A DNA stretch of 64,000 nucleotides from Macrostomum lignano. Its lineage: Eukaryota. The position numbers were made by a program, and so were the translations under genes. Below are positions 61,354 through 64,000 of the stretch, one piece after another. The notes under the pieces were generated by a model. That model had not been told where the DNA came from. It searched no databases and was given only the letters and a program-made list of their open reading frames with translations. The stretch is taken from NCBI GenBank assembly GCA_002269645.1, contig NIVC01000538.1, positions 248,001 through 312,000 of the forward strand, given 5' to 3'. Each line of letters begins with the position of its first letter. The first letter of the stretch is position 1.

Positions 61354-64000
61354 TTAGTTTAGTGGGGGCGATGAAGCTTTAAAGGTTGCGAGAATTGCGG
61401 GATGCAAGGATGGGGGTGAAGGGAAGATTAGCGTTAGAGAGGTTCTGGAGCGGTGAAAAAAGCTGGAAATGGAAGGGTGGTGGTCCAGAACGAAGGGGAT
61501 GGGGCGGTCCACGGTGGAGAGGGCTTGGACATTGATCCTCGGGGGGGGGAGGAGGTACCTAGCTTGGCGATCCACTGGGCTTCCTTGGGTTCCAGGGGGG
61601 TGGAAGGCGGGAAGGCTTCCAAGGCGGTGATAGAGAGGTCAGCGAGAGAGTGAACTGGGGAGTTGAAGTGGATAGCCACGGGTTTGTCCTTGTTGAGTCT
61701 AATGTCGAGCGGTGGCCGTTCAGACGGTCCCTCAGGGTATTGGTAGTGCAGCCCACGTAGAGGATGGAGGAGGGAAGACAGCGGAGGCAGGAAATGCCGT
61801 ATATGAGGTGGGAAGAGGCGCAGGAGAGGGATTGGGAGATGAGGAAAGCAGAGGCAGGGGAGGGGCCCTGAAAAGAGATCCTGGGGATGGCGTGGGGGCA
61901 GGTTCTGCAGCGGGCAGAGTTGCAGGGTTGGAATCCTTTTGGGATGAGGATGGGACGTGGGATAGTTTGAGGCCAGCTAAGCTGGGCCAGGACGGAGGCC
62001 TTGGTGTTGCTGAAGGAGAAGGAGTATCCCACAGAGCGGAGGGAGCGGCAGAGGGTGCGGCAGAAAGAGGAAAAGTCAGGGTAGGAATCGCAGAGGCGGG
62101 CAGCCCGAAGGATCTGGGATTTGAGAACCCCCTTGAAGGTGTGTTTGGGGTGAGCCGAAGCCCTGTGAAGCAGAAGTGAGCTAGTGGGTTTGGAGTAGAT
62201 AGAAGTGTGGAGTGAGGAGTCCGAGATCTTGACTAAGAGATCCAGGAAGTCAACGGAGGAAGAAGAGACGGTGAGAGAAAGTTGGATGTTCGGGTCCTGG
62301 GCATTTAGGATGTCCAGGAATTTCTGAGCCGTGGAGGGGGGCCCATCCAGGGTCACGACGATGTCGTCGATGTAGCGGAGGAAGGTGCCCGGGGAGATGG
62401 AGTGGGACAGGGCGGTGTTGAGCGCTGCTTGTTCCCAGCGGCTCATGAAAAGGCAGGCATAGTTGGGGGCGAAGATTTTGCCCATGGCAGTGCCCTTTGT
62501 TTGGAGGAACCAGAGACCCCGAAAGCAGAAATCGTTGCGGGTGAGGCAGATTTGGAGGAGGCGGAGGATGTCAGAGTCGGGTCTGAGAGGGTTAGGGTTG
62601 GTTTGAAAGAAGTGTTTGATGGCGCGGAGGCCATCAGAGGTGTCAATCATGGTGTACAGGGAGGCCACGTCCATGGTAGCCAGGAGAGTGGAAGGGGAGA
62701 CTGGGAGATTTTCGAGGAGCGCCTTGAAGTGAATGGAGTCCCTAATGAAGGAAGGTTGGGCCTGGGCCAAAGGTTTGAGGAAGTGATCGATGAGCTTCTC
62801 AGCCCCAATAGATTCGGAGGAGCAGCCACTGACGATGGGGCGCCCCTTGGGTAGCCGAGAAGGGAGGAGCCAAGAAGCGGGATCCTTGTGGATCTTCGGG
62901 AGGGTGTAGAAGTGTCTGGGGCGGGGATTATCCGGAGGGGAGAGGAAGGACTGCTGTCTAGCTGACAGAAAGCCCTGGAGTTTGAGATTGTCCAGAATGG
63001 CCTGGATGCGGTCCTTGGTCTCGGGAAAGATGGGGCCCGGGATGGGGGAATAGAAATTCCTATCCCCAAGCTGAGAAAGGATTACAAAGGTGTAATTCCT
63101 GATGTGGGAGAATACGATGGAGCCGCGCCGCCTTTGTCGGCGTTCCTGATAATGATGGAGGGGTCATCCCTGTGAGCCTTGAGGGCGGATCGTTCCGCGG
63201 GGGCGAGATTCTGGGGTGGTAGGTCCGAGGGTTGGATGGAAGAGGCCTCCTCAAGGAGTTCCTCGCAGAAGTCCAGGGTGGCTTGGGAAATGGCTGGGCG
63301 GGGTGGATCTGGCAGAGGGACCACAGAGGGGTGGGAGGGCGCCCGAGCTAGGGCGATGAGATTTGTTCAGGAAGAAGTCAGCCCATTCAAGACGGCGGGT
63401 GAACTCGATGGTGTCTTGGTGAAGTCTAGGGAGAAAGATTTTGATGTTTGTGGGGACGAAATTTAGCCCCTTCTGAAGGAGAGAGAGGGTCGAGGGGGGG
63501 TCAGGTGAAAAGGTGGGATGGAGAACGAGCAAATTCTGGGTGAGCCCTATAGGGCCCTCCTGGCAGCGAGGTTTTGCCAGTGAGTCCTAATGAGAGGAAC
63601 AAGAGCGGGGGATATCAGGGACAGAGGGAACGGCCGCACTTACCCAGCGCCGGTAGACAGGAAGGGAGACTTTGGACTTGGTCTCCGCCAGCTGGTCCTC
63701 AGTCGCCCCGACGAGCAGCAGGATGAGGCCTCGGTCGGGGGGCAGCATCGCATTGGCCCGGCACAGGTGGTCGTCCAGGCTGCTCTCATCTGACCAGGTA
63801 GAGGCGCCGAGGGCCAGGACGGTCACCCGAACCTTGGCCGCGCGTTCCCATGTGGCCGTGTCCGGGTCACATAGGTCGGGCAGCGGCGAGGACCGGACTT
63901 CGGCCGGCAGGACTTCTTGCACGGCCTCGTGCAGGTCGGGTTGGGCTAGGCAGAAAACTTTGGAGGAAGGATCGTCACGGGGAGGTCGTTTAGCAGCGGT
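61354..64000 (-). mobile_element. Penelope-like retroelement (RT plus GIY-YIG endonuclease, Neptune-like), with an N-terminal extension joined by an intron; several frameshifts; runs off the window
   Basis: LLQKGLNFVPT; IIRNADKGG; FYTLPKIHK; GRPIVSGC; TMDVASLYT; QTKGTAMGKIFAPNYACLFM; FLRYIDD; VDFLDL; YSKPT; CNSARCRTCPH linker; LIYGISC..C...YVGCT...LRDRLNGH (GIY-YIG); EAQWIAKLGT. Frameshifts lie near 63335, 63125, 61690 and 61550. Confidence 0.95.

Noticed and set aside
62589-62601. GGGTTAGGGTTGG inside the PLE ORF as a telomeric tract
   Set aside because: It is barely two units and encodes TNPNP in the RT frame, so it is likely coincidental.

Overview
Eukaryotic (metazoan) genomic DNA with GT-AG introns and TTAGGG repeats. 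The style suggests an invertebrate such as the flatworm Macrostomum, but that is inference only. The first ~6.7 kb hold two spliced host genes on the + strand: the 3' end of TCERG1 (FF domains) and a TACC-family coiled-coil gene, each with a large purine-rich intronic minisatellite. The remaining ~57 kb are almost entirely nested, mostly decayed mobile DNA: a Penelope RT remnant, MITEs, an EnSpm/CMC transposase pseudogene, a THAP/P-element transposase cut off by a 29-bp satellite, and four co-oriented Helitron segments. One Helitron is nearly complete: an STPR-OTU-Zn-finger-Rep-helicase gene with at least 8 introns, interrupted by a 5'-inverted RTE-like LINE and a one-ended mariner. Two of the Helitron helicase ends are followed by the same block, a 25-bp minisatellite and a spliced Q-rich/CCHC mini-gene. 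The most striking system is at the right end (60.1-64 kb, - strand). It is a GIY-YIG-bearing Penelope-like element whose 3' region carries two (TAACCC)n telomeric tracts and a hammerhead ribozyme fold with a G12A core change. Its RT is joined in frame to an extra N-terminal domain through a 57-nt intron. A second hammerhead with an intact core lies at ~56.35 kb, downstream of unidentified ORFs. No rRNA, tRNA or CRISPR array is supported. All family assignments are by motif recognition, with no database searches run.
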